DNA of 64,000 bases from Chiloscyllium plagiosum (lineage: Eukaryota): contig NC_057714.1 of assembly GCF_004010195.1 (NCBI RefSeq), positions 10,935,028 to 10,999,027 on the forward strand. Reading direction: 5' to 3'. Positions within the stretch are counted from its first letter, which is position 1. Every line of letters begins with the position of its first letter. The notes beneath the pieces are model-generated. The model ran no database searches. It was given only the letters and a program-made list of their open reading frames with translations, and was not told the DNA's origin. A program made the position numbers and the translations under genes. Of the stretch, positions 36,882 to 49,180 are shown in pieces.

Positions 36882-37806
36882 CGGTAAAGTCACTAAAGTC
36901 CAACTCAACCATAGTTGAGCTAAACTCTCATTATAAACATATGCATGGTGCTGGTTTCATCAGAGGGTCACCGTACCATAAGACATCGGAGCAAAAATTG
37001 GACCATTCAGCCCATCAAGTCTGCTCCTCCATTCAATCATCACTGATAAGTTTCTCATCTCTGTTCTCCCACCTTCTCCCCGTAACTTTTGATCCTCTTG
37101 ACAATCAAGAACCTATCTATCTATTTCTAAATGCACTCAATGACCTGGCCTCCACAGCCTTCTGTGGCAGTGAATTCCATAGATTCACCATACTTTGGCT
37201 GAAGAAGTTTCTCCTTATCTCCATTCTAAAAAATCTTTCTGTTACTCTAAGGCTTTGCCCTCAGGTCCTAGTCTCTCCTACCAATGGAGACATTTTCTCA
37301 ACATCTACTCTGTCCAGGCAATTCAATATTCTGTATGTTTCAATTAGATCCCATCTCATCCTTATGAACTCTGGGTATAGACCCAGAGTCCTCAAATGTT
37401 TCTCTTGTGTTAAGCTTTTCATTCAGGGGACCATTCTCGTGAATGTCCCCTGAACATGCTTCAGGGTCAATACGTCTTTGCTGAGATGTGGGATCCAAAA
37501 CTGCTCCAAACATGGTCTGACCAGAGCCTTATACAGCCTCAGAAATACATCCCTACTTTTATATTCAAGTTCTCTCAAATTAACGGCCATCATTGCATTT
37601 GCCTTCCTAACTACTGACTCAACCTACAAGTTTACTTTGACAGAATCCTGGACTACAACTCCCAAGTCTCTTTACACTTCAGGCAAAGGGTAGAGGTTGA
37701 GAAGGAGAGTATGACATAACAACCTCATCCAATACAGGAATTTAACCAATATTGTTGTTGTCGTCAATCTGCAGCATAAACTAGCCATCTAGCCAACGGA
37801 GCTAAC
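36882..37806 (-). mobile_element. tRNA-derived SINE split by a CR1 insertion
   Basis: Reverse-complement head AGTTAGCTCCGTTGG...GGTTAAATTCC at ~37806-37735; the body resumes left of 36977 and ends ...gtgactttacc. Confidence 0.55.
36977..37680 (-). mobile_element. CR1 LINE 3' fragment
   Basis: The minus strand encodes LYKALVRP and RNFFSQSMVNLWNSLPQKAVEA; tail reverse complement cataagacatcggagca. Confidence 0.88.
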
Positions 37807-38289
37807 TAATTATCACATCATAATATCATAGTAAGATAAAATATTGCAACTTCTAATTTTCGACAATAATTTTTTTTTGTACAAAGTTAAGCAATCCCAC
37901 AAACATCGAAAGAGATTGAAGCTTTGCAGTTTTGCCTCATCCAGACATAAAAAGCTGTAAACAATTAAACAACAGGAGATGTCTCCAGAAATATCCCCAT
38001 TTTCAATATGGGAGCATGTACTTTAATGTAAAAAGACAATGCTGAAGCATTTTTAACCATCTTCAATCAGAAGTGCCAAGTGGGTGATCCAACTTGGCCT
38101 CCATCTGATAACCCAGCATTGCATATCCATGCTTCAGTCAATTTCATGCATTCCATGTGGTACCAAAAAACAGATATAGCCACTGGATACTGCAAAACCT
38201 TTGGGCTCTGACAACATCCTGACTTTAGGACTGAAGACTTGTGCACCACAACTGGCTGCGACAGCCTAGTTGCTTCAATACAGGCACAA

Positions 38290-38990
38290 CACTGACATCT
38301 ATAAATACTGTCATAACAAGAGCAGATCAGAGACTGGGAATTTGTGAAGAGAAACTCACCTCTTGTCTCCCTAGTGCAGGCCCAGAATCTACAAGACACA
38401 AGTCAGGTGGGTATTGGAATACTCTCTACTAACCTGGATGAGTGCAGCTCCAACAACACTGCTCACGACTAAGCGGTTGATTAGTACCCCATACATAACC
38501 TTAAAGATTCTCTCCTTCTACCAATGAGACACAGTAGCAGCACTGTGTGTTGAGTACATAATGCAAGTCACCAAACTCCTTCCATTACACCTTCAAAATG
38601 CGTGACCTCTATCTCCTACAAAGACAAAAGCAGGACATGCAATGGGAACACCTTGACCCCCTCTACCCTGTCCCCACACCTCTTGCCCCCAGTCCCAAAG
38701 TCATCCAGCATCCTGACTTGGATCACCAAAACTGTTTTTTCCACAGTCCCTTTTCAAAGCACTGGAACTCCCAACCTTACAGCACTGTGGGTTTACAGAG
38801 CAAGAGAAGGGGGGGGGAAGGAACAAAAGGTAAGATCTGTTATGGGATGGAAGGCAGGAGAGATTAAGGGATGATAAAACTCTATCCTTTGGACTGTACT
38901 AATTCAAGACAGCAGTTAACTGATGTTCTCAAGGCCGATAATCGCAGACCTGTCCAGTGCCACCTACATCCCATGTTCAAATAAAAAAAC
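38290..38990 (+). mobile_element. 3' end of the older LINE family (as 8030-8720)
   Basis: Shared blocks atctacaagacacaagtcagg and ggatgagtgcagctccaacaacact; tail cctacatcccatgttcaaataaaaaa. Confidence 0.7.
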
Positions 38991-39749
38991 CAACTGAATG
39001 AGATAATGACTCAATGGATCATTTTCAAATCACTTGGCAAAAACAAACAAAAAGTCTTTCAACAGCACGTGGAGTTGTATCTTTCCACTCACACTGGAAA
39101 TTAAGAAAATGCAAATTCTGCAGTTACACTTTTCCTTCAACTGACATCATAGTTTTGGGGAAAATACATGCTGTGTCATTCTTACATACCTACTTTATGA
39201 ACTTGAATGATGGCGCTATCAACACTGATTTACATTTCCTAAGCATTTGCTGTCCAGAAAAGAATCTCTAAAAATTTAGATGGGTTATGGTGCAGCTGTA
39301 ACGTCCCTACTTCAGGTTTAAGTTGCATCATCCCCATGGTGTGTTAGAACAGCTAAAAAAAAGGCTTACAGCAAGTTGGATATAGTAATTGTAGACGAAA
39401 CAGAAGAGACAATGAAAGGGTCGAATCAAAGATGATGTTCTGAGGACAGTGTTTCTTGGCAGGGGGTAAACAACATAATAACATTCATTTTTCCCACAAA
39501 TGTCAAACAACAACCATCCCCAGTAAGAGAAAACCTTATTTTCAACCTTTGACAGTCAATAGTGTTACCATCATGGAATCCCTCACTATCAACATTTCAG
39601 GAGAGGGGTTACTCTTGACCTGAAACTGAACTGGACTCATCGTATAAATATTGTCATGATTTGGAGATGCTGGTGTTGGACTGGGGTGCACAAAATTTAA
39701 AATCACACAACACCAGTTTATAGTCCAACAGGTTTAATTGGAAGCATAC

Positions 39750-39778
39750 TAGCTTTCGGAGCGACGCTCCTTCATCAG
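39750..39778 (-). ncRNA. Minimal hammerhead ribozyme core, family B
   Basis: Reverse complement CTGATGA-A-GGAGC-GTC-GCTCC-GAAA-GCTA with a perfect 5-bp stem II. A second copy lies on the plus strand at 39815-39843. Confidence 0.72.
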
Positions 39779-39862
39779 GTGACTGTGGAGGGCTCGATCG
39801 CAACACACAATCAGCTGATGAAGGAGCGTCACTCCGAAAACTAGTGTGCTGCCAATTAAACC

Positions 39863-40190
39863 TTAGATTTTTTTAGATTAGATTAGATTAGACTTACAGT
39901 GTGGAAACAGGCCCTTCGGCCCAACAAGTCCACACCGACCCGCCGAAGCGCAACCCACCCATACCCCTACATTTACCCCTTAAACCTAACACTACGGGCA
40001 ATTTAGCATGGCCAATTCACCTGACCCGCACATCTTTGGACTGTGGGAGGAAACCGGAGCACCCGGAGGAAACCCACGCAGACACGGGGAGAACGTGCAA
40101 ACTCCACACAGTCAGTCGCCTGAGTCGGGAATTGAACCCGGGTCTACAGGCGCTGTGAGGCAGCAGTGCTAACCACTGGGCCACCGTGCC
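39863..40190 (-). mobile_element. Young full-length HE1-type SINE
   Basis: CpG-rich. Head ggcacggtggcccagtggttagcactgctgcc, B-box gggttcaattcc, (TCTAA)n tail seen as ttagattagattaga on the plus strand. Confidence 0.95.
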
Positions 40191-41319
40191 ACCTGTTGGA
40201 CTATAACCTGGTGTTGTGTGATTTTGAACTATAAATATTGTGACTACAAGAGCAGGTTAGAGGCTAGGAATTCTGCAGTGAGTAACACACCTCCTGACTT
40301 CCCAAAGCCTGTTCACAATCTACAAAGGCACAAGTCAGAAGTGTGATAAAATATGATCAAGTGCCCAGATTAGTGCAGCTTCAAACAACACAAGAAACTC
40401 ATCATCCAGGACAAAACAGCCCATTTGATTATCACCACATTCATAAACATCCACTCCCTCCCCCACTACAGTGCACTGTAGAAATTCACCAAGCCCCCTC
40501 AGGCAACACCTTCCAAACCCCCACGTCCATTCTCATATAGAACTGCAAGTATAGCAGATACAAAGGAACATGATCATCTTCAAGTTCCCCTCCAAGTCAC
40601 TCACCACTTTGACTTGGAAGTATATAGTCAATCCTTCATTGTTGCAGAGTTAAAATCTCTCCCTAACAGCAGTGAGAGTATGCCTACAGCACACAGATTG
40701 CAGCAATTTAAGGAGGAAACTTACCACCATCTTCTCAAGGGCAACTAGGGACTGGCACTAAATGCTGCACCAGCCAGCAAAGCCCACATTCCATGAGCTA
40801 ATTTTTTAAAAACAATACAAAGCAGTCAGTTTTCTTACACTTATGAAGTGCCTGAAGGAACTCAAAAATATTAAAATATTACTTGTGCTTTATAAATGCT
40901 AACTTCTGTGGAAACAGAATGTTTCAGTGGATGGGAGTAAGGTGTTTAAAGAAACAAAAATGAAAATGCAGACAAGCACCAGAAGACCCAAGTGTCAAAA
41001 CAGGGAAATGGATTTGGAGGAGACATTGTCAAGTACTGGAGACCAATACTGTTTAAATTTGTGAAGTCTGTGGAAAAAATCAAAAAGAATAAGGAGGAAA
41101 ACTGAGCAACAATCATAATCCACAAGATGCTATTAGTGACCATAAGCAGTTCAGTTCTTTTCTGTTGTCATTGGGAGTGTATAGAGGGGGGATAGTTGGA
41201 AGGGAAAGTGAATTATGGAATATTGACGTCTGTGCTCCACAAAAGTAAATTGAGTTGTAGAGGCACAAGTGTCTTAGAGTAACCATAAAAGAATTAGAAT
41301 TTGAGAGGGCTGCAGTGTG

Positions 41320-41560
41320 CACAATGAAGAAGACTTCATTGTGAACACAGGATGATAATTAGGCCTACCTGGGAAGGATAAAATCTGGGCCAGTGAAAGG
41401 TTCAGTTGCGTGATTCAATGAGGTTGCTTTTGGATAATTATTTGAAGCAAGCCTTTACCGAGAAAGATAGACAATGGGAAATAGTTTGGATCGTTCCAGA
41501 GAAGACAGGTATAAATACAAAGGAAGAATTACCGTCTTCTGCACTGTAAACATTGTTGAT
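41320..41560 (+). mobile_element. Highly decayed CR1 3' end
   Basis: gaagaagacttcatt...ctacctgggaagg and the tail cttctgcactgtaaacattgttg resemble 7780-8008. Confidence 0.55.
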
Positions 41561-42023
41561 TGCATTCACCTTGTGTTGCCCTACAAAGGTTAAGCTCATT
41601 AAAAGACTGAATGCATCTGGCTCAGTATGTTTTGCTGCTTGTGAGTTTGCAAATTAGTTATTATTTTTCCAACTTCTTCTTCCAATGCCTTGTCCAAGGT
41701 TGACCAAAACGTCCCTACCTTTGATATTTGTAACATCTTAAGTGTTGGATAGGAAAAGCTCACTTATACATACATACATTATTCTGTTGAAACACAATGG
41801 CATCTAACTTACAACAAGAAATGCCTTCTTGACTCAGCCAATAAATGATATGAATATTGGATGTCTGGCATGAATAGAAGGCATATTTTGTTACAGATAC
41901 AAAAAGACTGTAAAACAAATAGATGCTTACGAGTGAGTAGTCCTGTACAATTCATACAATTATTCTGCTCAAACTATGTGCTCTTTAAAGGCAAAGGCAA
42001 TTTGTTAAGTAAACAAAAATGAC

Positions 42024-42142
42024 ACGTGACTCCAGAATCACAGCAATGTGGTTGACTCTTAACAGTCCTTTGGGGAATTGGGCATGGGCAATAAATGTTG
42101 CCCTAGTCAGCAAAGCACTTATCCAATTAATGAATTTTAAAA
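42024..42142 (+). mobile_element. 3' half of the SINE related to the older LINE family
   Basis: gtgactccagaatcacagcaat (compare 5066-5087 and 51129-51150) is followed closely by a tail matching the LINE 3' end at 40740-40810. Confidence 0.75.
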
Positions 42143-42299
42143 AGTTTAGGTCACTCAATATAATGGTTGTTTGATCATGAAACCTTATAGCGTACAAAAC
42201 GCCTACACTTATAATTCATCATTTGAATTACTGTAAGGAATAACAATTGTAGGTCAGCAACTCATAATAAAAACAATTAATTTGCATGTATTTCCTCTC

Positions 42300-42521
42300 A
42301 CGTAACACTTCCTGTGTCACATGTAAATTACTTGCAATAAATGGCGGAGAAACTGAAGGACCGTATTGCTGAACTTTTTATTTCTTTATTATTCTAATTA
42401 TTCTAAGATTTTGTAGCGAGGTACCTTTGTACCTAGAATGGCACCATAAGTGGTGATTGTGTAAATTTTGCACTGCACTCATGTGAGTACACGTGACAAC
42501 AAACCTAATTCTAATTCTATT
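42300..42521 (+). mobile_element. LINE/SINE 3' end with an (ATTCTA)n tail, possibly Rex1/Babar-like
   Basis: Ends tgagtacacgtgacaacaaacctaattctaattctatt. The family assignment is tentative. Confidence 0.45.
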
Positions 42522-42965
42522 TCAGAAAAACAATGCAATCGCCTGGGGTACACAGAGAGCGTACCTATTAGATAGAGGGGTGAGGGATAAATATAGACAT
42601 AGTGAACTAGAGTTTGCAATCACAAGGTACAAGAGTTTTGGAAAACAGATTTGCTCCCTGTTTCAGCATGTGGATGATGGGCACAATATCAAGAGGAATT
42701 AACTTATCTCTTCAGTGGGAGGATCAACAAGAATTTTCTTTCTAGCAATAGTAGTTTCTTGGAGCTCCTAACTCTGAATTCCTGTATCATTTTGAGGGCT
42801 CTCCAACTATAATTACATCCCAGTGTTTTGTTATTGTATATGGTATGAACAATGGGAGAATGAGGTGGAATTGTGGACTTAAGTTATTAATGTAACCAAG
42901 ACGAAATAAAGTTTGGCCTTGGCTTTATCTTTACCAGGATTAGGAGTAGGATTAGAAGCTAAATA

Positions 42966-43184
42966 CAGTCAGTTCTGATATAATGTGATAGTTCCATTCT
43001 CGTGTGATCTCACGTTATGAGAAAATAGTGCAATAGCAATGTCATTTAAACTAATGGTGACGGCATTGTGTTAAAGCCAATACAATTCAGGAAAGCTCAC
43101 AATTGACGAAAAACAGTCTAAATTCTTCAATCGTGTTAAAGCCAATTGGAATTGAAGAAACACACGTTATAGTAGAACTGACTA
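42966..43184. mobile_element. Tc1/mariner-Tigger-type MITE inserted in Copia gag
   Basis: ~22-bp imperfect TIRs cagtcagttctgatataatgtg and cacgttatagtagaactgacta; the left end is preceded by TA. Confidence 0.75.
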
Positions 43185-44061
43185 TTTTCAACATTTGATT
43201 TGTGATTTTGATTCTATTACAATGAGTGGACAAGATTTTTAAAAATTGATTATTTGTTAGAAGTATATGAGGTGCATTCGATCTTTGATAAATTTCAAAC
43301 AGTCAATCTCTCCATGGAAGAATTCATCATAGATATTGATAGGTTATATCAAAGATAATGTCAATCCAGACAATCTTGAGTCTGTGCTTGTGCTCAAATT
43401 AATAGGTTTGTACATAAGTCCCATAGATGTTTGGTTGTGCTCAATTTTAAAGTAAAGATCCTCTTTTAAATGGCAGCTACCATAAAGAAATTTTTGAGAA
43501 GACAATTGTTGCCTGCCTATTTCGTGTCACGAACTGGATGTTCCATTACAATACAGAAAATAAACGCTCTCAGTGATTCAAAATTGCTTGGTGACGGGGT
43601 GCTAAATCTAGGTATTTGCACAAAGGTAGAGCTGCTGCAAGACATTCTGAGGTGGACTGTATAAATTACCCATAAATCTTTTTACTAAATCTATGGACGA
43701 AGGCAAAACACTAGATTGGCATGGCAGCCGAGAGCAAATGAACTGCAGAAATATAAGGGAATGATTTTACTAGGTGTTTTTGCTTTGAGTCAAGGTATCA
43801 CAACTCAACTAATTATCTGATAACAATGAATTGTGTATTAATTATAAATCAAACAATTGCGTTCGAAGTAATTCATTATGTAGGTGATCCTGATTACTGT
43901 TATAATGAGAATGAATGGCATAAAAACATTGCATTTACTGCAAGTTGAGCTATGAGTATCTTACTCACTGATTCATTCAATTGTGCTACATTTAACAGTG
44001 GATACACCTCAGTTTGTGGGATTTATTGGCTCAACTATTACTTGCTACATATATCACATGA

Positions 44062-45553
44062 AACGACACTAAAGTCAGTGGAGTAGTGGACAGTGTGGAA
44101 GAACGTTACAGGTTGCAGGGGGACTTGGATAAACTGCAGAATTGGGCTGAGAGGTGGCAAATGGAGTTCAATGCAGCTAAATGTGAGGTGATGCACTTTG
44201 GGAAGAATAACAGGAAGGCAGAGTATTAGGTCAATGGAAAGATTATTGGTAGTGTGGATGTGCAGAGGGATTTTGGAGTCCATGTACATTGATCCCTGAA
44301 AGTTGCCACCAAGGTGGATAGTGCTGTTAAGAATGCATACGGGGTGTTAGGTTTCATTCATAGAGGGTTGAGTTCCGGAGCCACAATATCATGCTGCAAC
44401 TGTACAAAAAGCTGGAATACTGTGTACAGTTCTAGTCCCAATATTTCTGGAAGGATGTGGAAGCAATGGAAAAAGTGTAGAGGAGATCTACAAGGATGTT
44501 GTCTGGTCTGGAGGAAAGGTCTTATGAGGAAAGACTGAAAGACTTGGACCTGTTCTCTTTGACAAGAAGGCAGCTAAGAGGAGATTTGACAGAGACATAC
44601 AAGATGATCAGAGGATTAGATAGGGTAGACAGTGAATGTCTTTCCTAGGATGATGATGTCAGCATGTACGAGGGGGCATAACTACAAATTAAGGGGTGAT
44701 AGATTTAAGACCGATGTCAGAGGCAAGTTCTTTACTCAGAGAACGGTAAGGGCATGGAATGCCCTATCTGCTAATGTAGTCAACTCAGCCACAGTAGGGA
44801 GATTTAAACAATCCTTAGAAAAGCACATGGATGATTTTGGGATAGTGCAGGGGGACAAGCTGAGAATAGTTCACAGGTCGGCACAACATCGAGGGCCGAA
44901 GGGCCTGTTCTGCGCTGTATTGTTCTATGTTCTATACACAATGCGCATACGGGGTGTTAGGTTTCATTCATAGAGGGGTTGAGTTCCGGAGCCACAATAT
45001 CATGCTGCAACTGTACAAAAAGCTGGTGTGGCCACACTCTGAATACTGTGTACAGTTCTGGTCCCAATATTTCTGGAAGGATGTGGAAGTAATGGAAAAC
45101 GTGTAGAGGAGATCTACAAGGATGTTGCCTGGTCTGGAGGAAAGGTCTTATGAGGAAAGGCTGAAAGATTTGGACCTGTTCTCATTGACAAGAAGGCAGC
45201 TAAGAGGGGATTTGACAGAGACATACAAGATGATCAGAGGATTAGATAGGGTAGACAGTGAATGTCTTTCCTAGGATGACGATGTCAGCGTGTACGAGGG
45301 GGCATAACTACAAATTAAGGGGTGATAGATTTAAGACCGATGTCAGAGGCAGGTTCTTTACGCAGAGAATGGTAATGCCCTATCTGCTAATGTAGTCAAT
45401 TCAGCCACATTATGGAGATTTAAACAATCCTTAGAAAAGCACATGGATGATTTTGGGATAGTCAAGGGGATAAGCTGAGAATAGTTCACAGGTCGGCACA
45501 ACATCGAGGGCCGAAGGGCCTGTTCTGCGCTGTATTGTTCTATGTTCTATACA
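44062..45553 (+). mobile_element. CR1 LINE 3' fragment with a ~610-bp tandem duplication, inserted in Copia pol
   Basis: WQMEFNAAKCEVMHFG and FFTQRTVRAWNAL. Two copies of the tail ttgttctatgttctat (~44935 and ~45550). Confidence 0.93.
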
Positions 45554-46807
45554 CAATGCCAACAGAAGCTTTAACTTTTACTGAATGGTGGGGAATTGAC
45601 AATGATTTGGAAATTGCATTGACCATCTATAGAAGTCAATAATCTGTTGTGAACTTCTCAAAAATAAAATGGTTTCTGCAAAGAACAGAATTCAATAATG
45701 TTCTGATCCAGTGAATTGTTTTCCATATTACATGACAATTCCCCTGCCTCTAGATGAAACAACTGTTAGTCCAGCTTTCTCTACCTCGTAAATGAGCCAA
45801 AGCTGATAACCACAGGAAACCAAGGAATCAAAAAAAAGTTTCTGAGAACATGAGGACATTGCACAAGAAAATCTGGGGGAAGACTTCATTTCTGGTGATA
45901 TGGTCTATTATAAGGGATAGGAGAATAGGGAATGAAGACGTTGTAATGGAAAGGCTGTAATAATATAATGGGGAAATCAGACTGTGAAAGCCTTCCTTAA
46001 ATATTAGCAACGTATCACAAATTTTTAAAGACTGAGAATGTTAAGAGAAGCTGGCATGTACTGAGGTATTCCGAGAATCAGAGCCAGTGAGAGAAGATCT
46101 GATATTTTAAGGGGTAAATGTCAATGCACATAATGATTTTAATGAACAAGATAAATCAATCTCATACAGTGATCATCTGTCTCAGCTATGTTCCCAAGTG
46201 GAGTACCAACCAGAGGGGTCAGGTAACTGGAGAAAGGCTATGACAGCGGGAGGAGCAGGGGCGTCAATGGGCAAGCGCAAAAAATTGGTTAAATATACAA
46301 GAAGTGTGGCCCACGGATTGATAAAACAGAGTAAAAGAATGGAGAATAAGAAAACATGGCTACCATTCAAGTAATGATTCGGGAGCTAGGTCTAGAAAGA
46401 GTAAAAGATCATGTACTGAGGCTAGACCTTTTTGGTAAGTAGTGTGACAGGGGTAGTCATGAGAGACCTTGACAAGTGAGGAGTTAAGAGGGTACAACTA
46501 AATGAGATACACAGAGTAGTAAAGGTGCAAAAGCATTCTCAGCAAAAGGACAGAAGCAGCCCCCATGATTGGAAGACTTTTTTTTTAAGCTGCCAGTAAA
46601 CTAGAAGACAAAGCAGTAAGCAAAGTTGAACAGCAATAGGTAAAAAAATTGGAAAGAATTTGGAATGTATTCAGAGGCAGCAGATACATTCAACTGCTCA
46701 ATAATACACATCTACATTTTAAAGTCTTACGAGGGGGTGCCTACAAAGATCAAGGCTAGGTTAATAGTAGGAATGTTTGGGTAATCGAGATGAAAGTAGA
46801 CTCACCT

Positions 46808-47126
46808 AGAATAATGGAATCCCTACAGCGCAGAAACAGGCCATTTGGCCCATCAGGTCCACACTGATCCTCTGAAGGGCATCACACCCAGACCCAGTCT
46901 CCACCCTATCCCTGTGACCCCGTATTTACCCTGGCTAATCCAGCTAGCCTACACATTCCTGGACACTATGGGCAATTTAGCCAAAGCACCTAACTTGCAC
47001 ATCTTTGACCTGGGAGGAAATCAGAATACCCAGAAGAAATCCACACTGACACAGTGAGATGTCCATACTGACAGTCACCCCGAGTTTGGAATCGAACCTG
47101 GATCCCTGGCAGTGTGAGGAAGCAGT
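46808..47126 (-). mobile_element. HE1-type SINE inserted in Copia RT
   Basis: Reverse-complement HE1 tail (aatccctacagcgcagaaacaggcc), core, and B-box ggttcgattcc. Confidence 0.88.
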
Positions 47127-48359
47127 TGATTTGGAGTTTCTTTGGCCACATTATTTACTTATGTAGTGTAAATCCATAGCTATAAGTATGATTTTCCCAC
47201 AGAGTAACCTTCTTCAAAAACATGCTTCTCCAGCCTCTGAAGAATGGATCCAACATGGAGAGGAAACCGCAAAAGCAGATGCGTTTATTGATTGAACAAC
47301 ACTTTTCAAGAATGGTACTTTCCAGTGAGGGCAGCTCTACTAATGTTAGGCTATGCACAACACTCTTGGCAATATGATGGAAAACACCACAGCTTCTTCA
47401 TGATGCGTATGGACTTTTGTTCTTATGGGTTTGAAAAATCTCATTGATTAGATCAGAAAGTAAATTTCAAATTGGTCATCCAGTTTCTTGTGTTTGTAAA
47501 TTATGTTGGCTTAGAGATAACACAGGGAGAATCAAATGTAATTTTACATCAACAAACTTAAATTGAGAGAGGATCAATACCCACATAATTGGTTACACCA
47601 GGCCAAACAAAACAAAATGCAACTTCCTCCAAAGTTGGAATGGAGCAGCCGCAGAGTGTTGTCGACAGTTTAACTGGTGAGACATGCAAACAAGACTCAA
47701 TGCAAGAATTAGTCTTGAGAAATACAACAATGGAGGTCACACTGATATTCCCAATTTTGGGAAATCCCAAGAATATGATTTTTCATCTTAAGCAATTCCT
47801 CACGTGCCAACCTTGGTGATGGATTTTCTGGTGCAGGTATGGTTTGGAATATTACTCATGGGAGACAATAGAAACTACGCCCTCTGTTTTGGGAGGTGAA
47901 GAAAATAAGCAGAGTAAAGAGAGTACACTAGCCACAAACTTGTGCACATGGTGCAGTGTATATGGTGCACTATTTATCCAAGATCTTGGAAGAAATGTTA
48001 TATGGAACAGGAAATTAAAAAAAAATCTATAAAATACTATATGGATAATTTAGTCCTTTAGGATGGTATACTTTCTATGAAATGTCTAAATAGGAACCAA
48101 TATTGCAAGTGTTAGAAATATTCAAACTGAGATACAAGTGTAAATACAAAAGTCATCAATTATCAGACTATTTCACATTTTTCTTCAGTAAAACTTCCTG
48201 AAACTTGAATGTGAATTTTTTTTTTCTATGCCTGTAAATATATGTAGTTTTGATTCATGTTCAAAGGAAATCTGACAATATTATAAAAGATGTCCTTTAA
48301 AGACACACAGCAATTCAACATGCGCTGGCCATCTGAAGGAGCATTTCACCTTGCGCCAC

Positions 48360-49180
48360 TGTCCTGAAAATTAATCCTTTTTCAAATAATGATCTAATTC
48401 CCTTTTCAAAGCCTCAACTGATCATGACCCTGCTCCTACCAGACAATCAGAGATTCATTCCAGATTCACTCACTGTCTGAAAAAGGATTCCCTCCTGTCA
48501 CCATTGCTTTCTTTGCCAATTACTTTTTAAAATTGGTATCCTCCGGTTCTTGATCCTCCCATCAATTGGAAGAGTTTCTCCCTACCTATTCTATACAAGT
48601 CTCTCATGATCTTGAATATCTCTAGTAAATGTCCAATCAATGTTCTCCTCCTCTGAGAAATCAGTCTTAGCATTTCCAGTTGTTGCGCATAAAAATATTC
48701 CAAGCAGAAATTGTGAATCTTTTTTGCATTCATGCTAATGCTTTCTCATCCTTCCTAAAACGTGACGCTCGGAATCAGGCGCAAGTCTAAAATTAAGGCC
48801 AAACAAAAGATTTATAGAAGTTAGTCATAAATTCCTTGCTTTTGTACTCTGTCCCTTTTGATAAAATAGCGCATGTTGTATCCTGTGTTAACTACTCTCC
48901 TAACCAGCCTGTCACCTTCAAAGGTTTATGTACAGAAAGATCCCTCTAATCTAGCATCGCTTTAGAATTACACCATTTATAAAATCCTAACAAAATGACT
49001 TACCTTACAGTTCTTTGCATTTAAATATTATCTATTATTTGGCTACTTATTCCACAACCTATGCGCTTTTGAAATTTTATACTATCGTCCTTATGGTTGA
49101 CTAGACTTATAAATTTTATACGTGCAAGTTGTGAAATTGTGTCTTGTATGCCAAGGTCTAAATCAAAAAATACATCAGGA
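48360..49180 (-). mobile_element. Old CR1 LINE 3' fragment
   Basis: Minus ORF 48527-48733 reads QRRRTLIGHLLEIFKIMRDLYRIGREKLF...SRTGG, a decayed RRLRGDLIEVFKIM motif. Confidence 0.7.

Larger units (their letters stand above)
39655..40229. mobile_element. Penelope-like inverted-repeat element, family B, interrupted by an HE1 SINE
   Basis: Arms ~39700-39783 and 39809-39862 plus 40191-40229. 12-bp TSD tataaatattgt (39643-39654 and 40230-40241). Confidence 0.88.
39560..40810 (+). mobile_element. 3' end of the older LINE family, hosting nested Penelope-like and HE1 insertions
   Basis: gttaccatcatggaatccc..., atctacaaaggcacaagtcag, tail gcccacattccatgagctaattttttaaaa. Confidence 0.78.
42800..48200 (+). 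mobile_element. Fossil Ty1/Copia LTR retrotransposon internal region (gag-PR-INT-RT-RNase H); no LTRs recognised
   Basis: gag WYEQWENEVELWT*V..K*SLALALSLPG (42841) and EVYEVHSIFDKF..SMEEFIIDIDRLYQ (~43260). Degenerate Zn knuckle RCFCFESRYH (43772). Protease SFNCATFNSGYTSVCGIYWL (~43973). Integrase remnants with NGGE, AKN and SGDMVYYK (45555-45920). RT KIKARLIV and VDSP (46746-46807), YVGLEITQ and QFNW..QTR. RNase H SRANLGDG, PLFWEVKKISRV..STLA and HQLSDYFT (47795-48180). Confidence 0.85.
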
